Positions 59,905 to 64,000 of a DNA stretch of 64,000 nucleotides are shown piece after piece. The notes under the pieces are model-generated. The model worked only from the letters and a program-made list of their open reading frames with translations. It was not told the origin of the DNA and did no database searches. Position 1 is the stretch's first letter, and every line of letters begins with the position of its first letter. Both the position numbers and the translations under genes were made by a program. Source of the stretch: Camelus ferus (lineage: Eukaryota); the NCBI RefSeq assembly GCF_009834535.1, contig NC_045697.1, positions 110,734,001 through 110,798,000 on the forward strand. Direction: 5' to 3'.

Positions 59905-61460
59905 TTGAGATTTTTATTTCTTTAAAAAATTTATTGAAGTATGGTTGATTTACAGTATTGTACTAGTTATTAGTTTTAAGTGTTCAACATAAGTGGTTCT
60001 ATGTTTTTATAGATTATACTCTATTTAAAATTATTACAAAAAAGTCTGTATTTTCCTGTGCTGTATAGTATATCCTTGTTGCTTTTTTATTTTACACAAA
60101 GTAGTTTGTGTCTCTTAATCCCATACTCCTCTGTCACCCCACACAACTGGTTAACTATTTTCTTCTCTGTATCTGTGAGTCTGTTTCTGTTTTGTTATAT
60201 ACATTCATCTTATTTCTTACATTCCACATATCAGTGATAACATAACATTTTTCTTTCCCTGACTTATTTCACTTTTGCAAATGGCAAAATTTTTATTTTG
60301 AGGCTGAGTAATATTTCATTATATATATGTATATCACATCTTCTTAATCCATTCATCTGTTGATGGGCACTTAGATTGCTTTCGTATTTTAGCAATAGTA
60401 AATAATGCCTCTATGAACATTGGGGTGCATGCGTCTTTTCAAATTGCTGTTTTTGTTTTCTTTGCATGTATACACAGGAGTGGAATTATTGAGAAATATG
60501 CTAGTTCTAGTTTTAGTGTTTTGAGGTACTTCCATACTGTTTTCCACAGTGGCTGCATCAATTTACCTTCCCACTAACAGTGAACAAGGGTTGCCTTTTC
60601 TCAACATCCTCTCCAACATTTGTTATTTGTAGACTTTTGATGATAGTCTTTCTGACAGGTGTGAGGTGGTACTGTTGTTTTGATTTGCATTTCTCTAATT
60701 ATTAACAATTCGGAGCATCTTTTCATGTGCCTATTAGTTACCTTATGTCTTTTTTGGAAAAATGTCTATTCAGGTCTTCTGCCCATTTTTTGATTGGGTT
60801 GTTTATTTTTCTGATAATGAATTGTATCAGCTGCTTATGTATTTTGAATATTAATTCCCTGTCTGTTATATCATTTGCAAATATTTTCCCATTCAGTAGG
60901 TTGTCTTTTCTTTTTGCTGATGATTTCTTTTGTTGTGCAAAGGCTTTTAAGTTTAATTAGGTTCCATTTGTTTCTTTTTGCTTTTATTCCTTTTGCTTTA
61001 AGAGACAGATCTAAAGAACTATTGCTGCGATTTATGTCAAAAAGTGTTCTGCCTATGTTCTCTTCTAGGAGTTTTATGGTTTTAGGTCTTACACTTAGGT
61101 CTTTTATCCATTTTGAGTTTATTTTTGTATATGGTGTGAGGAAATGTTCTCATCTCATTCTTTCACTTGTAGCTGTCCGGTTTTTCCAGCACCTCCAATT
61201 GAAGAGACTGTCTTTTCTCCATTGTATATTCTTACCTCCTTTGTAATAGATTAATTGACCACAAGGTGTGGGTTTATTTCTGGGCTCTTTTCTGTTCCAT
61301 TGATCTATGTGTCTGTTTTTGTGCTGGTATTGTGCTGTTCTGATTTCTGTAGCTTTGCAGTATATTCTCAAGTCAGGGAGCATGATACCTCCAATTTTGT
61401 TCTTTTTTCTCATGATTGCTTTGATAACTTGGGGTCTTTTGTATTTAATTATATTTTATA
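59905..61460 (-). mobile_element. LINE-1 3' region (ORF2 C-terminus plus 3' UTR), degraded
   Basis: ORF 61150..61413 reads KNKIGGIMLPDLRIYCKAT...RHIDQWNR; antisense 3' UTR motifs run down to a T-rich end near 59905. Confidence 0.88.
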
Positions 61461-64000
61461 ATTTGTTATTGATAGTATAAAGGAAGACTATTATTTTTTA
61501 TCCTTAAATATAGCATAGTACTTTTATCATTTGGTATTACTTGTTGATCATCCTTTTTAATGTAAATGTTTATAGCATTACAAGTAATGAATACTTTACC
61601 TCTTCTCCTCTAATCTTTGTTAGTCATTTAATTTCCTGGCCAGTTCTGTTCAACAGTAGCAGTGATAATGGGCATCATTATCTTATTTCTGATCTTAAAA
61701 TGAATGTATTTAAATTTATCCATTTGTTGAAATGTATTTATAAATTTTGTAGGTAGCTTTTATGAGTGAAAGAACATTTACATCTACCCATATTTTTATA
61801 ATTGTTACATCATTTTTATCATTCTTGGTTTGGTCAGTAAAATGGAATTATTCTAAATATTATTGTAATAAAGATGTTTTTAAGACAATAGAACACCTAT
61901 GAATGTATAAAGAGCTGAGTGGGTGAAGATTGGAAAGAGCTTCACTAGAAGGTCAGGGAGTCTCTGATGACTTCAGTCTGAAGCCCTGAACAAGTGAGTC
62001 TCTCAGTCTCCCACATTGGTCAGGAAAGTTCAGGAATTTTCAAGTCTCTGGTAAAAGCCAAGGTCTTTTCTGTCTTATTTTGTAGCAGCCAAGTAGGAAC
62101 TTGTAGAGAAATCTGTGAAACTATGGTGTCTGGCTGCCACAAGCTTCCTGGAATGAAAACTTTTCCTCCAGTCACTTTCCACATATGCAAGGTCTTCTTA
62201 TTGGCAAATTCTAGCCTGAAGCAATGGGGAAGGAGATTCTAGAAAATGATGTTCCTCGTACCTGCTATGCAAAATTGATCTTAGGAGAGGGTATAGTAAG
62301 GCAATGTTAATGGCTGACAATCTAGCAAAATGGCAAATAGATATAGAAACAGATAGACAGCATATATTGAAATGATTGTGTAGATTTTTTCCCTTTTATT
62401 CAATTTGGTGAATCACATTGATATAACTTTTTGATGTAGAACTTCTCTAGACTAAGTCCTATTTAGTCATGATGTATTATTTTAAAATGTAGTTTGGGAT
62501 CTAATTCTTTTACAATATCCTAAACAAACTATTAAGTATGTATATCATACATAAATGTTTTTGGTAAGAAATCTAAAAGGATGCACTACACTAAGAAAGA
62601 AAGTGAATTGAGGAGAAAGTTTTGTGATATGAAAAGTGAGAACAAATAAAAGACTTAGTAATAATTATCACTACCAGAGTGAGCAGTGACTAAAAGTCAT
62701 TCGAAAAAAGCAATAAAGTATCCAGCACTGTAAATTTTCATTTAAAAGTCAAGACAATTTTCATTTAGTAATACATTGTATTTGCTTGTTTCATAAAATA
62801 CTACTTGCATGGTTATTTCTTATTTACCATACATTAGCTGACTTTAAAATATTATTTTTTTAATTTTCATGGCAATGCTTTGAGGTAGATAACACTATTA
62901 TTTCCATTTTACAGACGGGAAAAGTGAGACTTAAAAAGTAATTGATATGTCCAATATCACAAATCTGTGACATGGAACTTGGAGCTGGGGTTTATACCCA
63001 GGCAATTAGTTCCATGTAGTGCTATTATTTACTAATGTGTTATGCTACTTTGATGGAGGGATAACTGAGAGTCTAGAGGATGGTACTGACATGCCAAAGT
63101 TTTTGCCTTTTTAAAGAAGAAAACAGAGAACACGAGGCACTGTACTTTTCTCTTTAGATCGGATGCTAATATTCATAACCTGATTGACTCTGACCATCCC
63201 ACAGGCACTGAATATACAAATTGTATTTCTAGCCACCCACATCCACTAACTTTTTATCATTACGATTTCAAATTTGGAGTTCACGGAAGTTGATAGGCCC
63301 TTCGCAGGCTGTGTGATCATTCCTGGTACAGTGAATTGTGGTGAGAGGGGATCATGAATATAAACACGTCTGGTGTAATTGACCCTTATTGGACTAGAGG
63401 GCAGTTCTCGAAGAATTGAAAATTGTGATTTTGGCACAGAGCTCAAAAAGTTTTACAACAATGGCCCGAACCTAGTTGTTTATGTGGCTTATCCATCTCC
63501 ACCTGGATTCTAAAGTGCCCAGATCTCAGTCTAGCACCTTGCAAGGGGTCAACAAGCAAGAACTGTGATCAAAGTAACGCTGAATGCCAAAGGCTCAAGG
63601 AATCTTTATAAGAAGGATGATAAGAATTTTTCCATTTCCAATTGTTATAAGCAAAAATAAAAAGGTTCTAGTTTATAGTCAGAGAGATTTTATTTAAACA
63701 GAAGAAAAATTTACTGGATTTACTCCTTAGTGATCGAAAGTACTTCCTTTATTGTTACATTCTACTTTACCCTCTCAATTATAGTCCATGAAGTAAACAT
63801 TGACCCACCTGGATGTACGGGGGCAGGAAAAAGATATTTTTTTAACTTGGGTAGTAACCATTACTCCAAATATATTATTTCAAAGAGGGAATAACTCATC
63901 CTAGAAAGAGAAGTACCCATCGTTTATCTTGTAACAGCTCGTATTAAGCATTAGCGTGCGGCAGATTATCTGCTGCATGAAATACGCAGTTTTCAGGGAC

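Noticed and set aside
59087..59908. 273-aa plus-strand ORF and neighbours
   Set aside because: Antisense shadow of the GC-rich CXXC5 exon.
1..64000. CRISPR arrays, rRNA, operons or other prokaryotic systems
   Set aside because: The window is mammalian DNA; no regularly spaced repeat-spacer structure or rRNA-like sequence was seen.

Overview
Mammalian genomic DNA, most likely camelid (inferred from tRNA-derived Vic-1-like SINEs and the young L1 subfamily; I saw no bovid or suid SINEs). It holds one intact gene, NPY2R (neuropeptide Y receptor Y2, + strand): CpG-island promoter and non-coding exon 1 at about 13.7-15.1 kb, a ~4.5 kb intron, a single coding exon at 19644-20792 and a ~2 kb 3' UTR. 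Most of the rest is AT-rich intergenic DNA full of L1, L2, MIR, MaLR/ERV LTR and hAT relics. The most unusual object is a minus-strand CXXC5 copy (~56050-59853). It appears to be a semi-processed retrocopy: exon 1 seems joined to exon 2, the last intron is retained with intact splice sites, and there is no poly(A) tail or TSD. Its N-terminal coding part is frameshifted, but a C-terminal 127-codon frame with all eight CXXC cysteines remains open, and its substitutions are skewed A/T to G/C. The window also shows a clear L1 3' transduction and up to three 5'-inverted L1s within ~10 kb. No prokaryote-type systems were seen. Comparisons to human sequences and repeat subfamily names are from memory, not from a database search.
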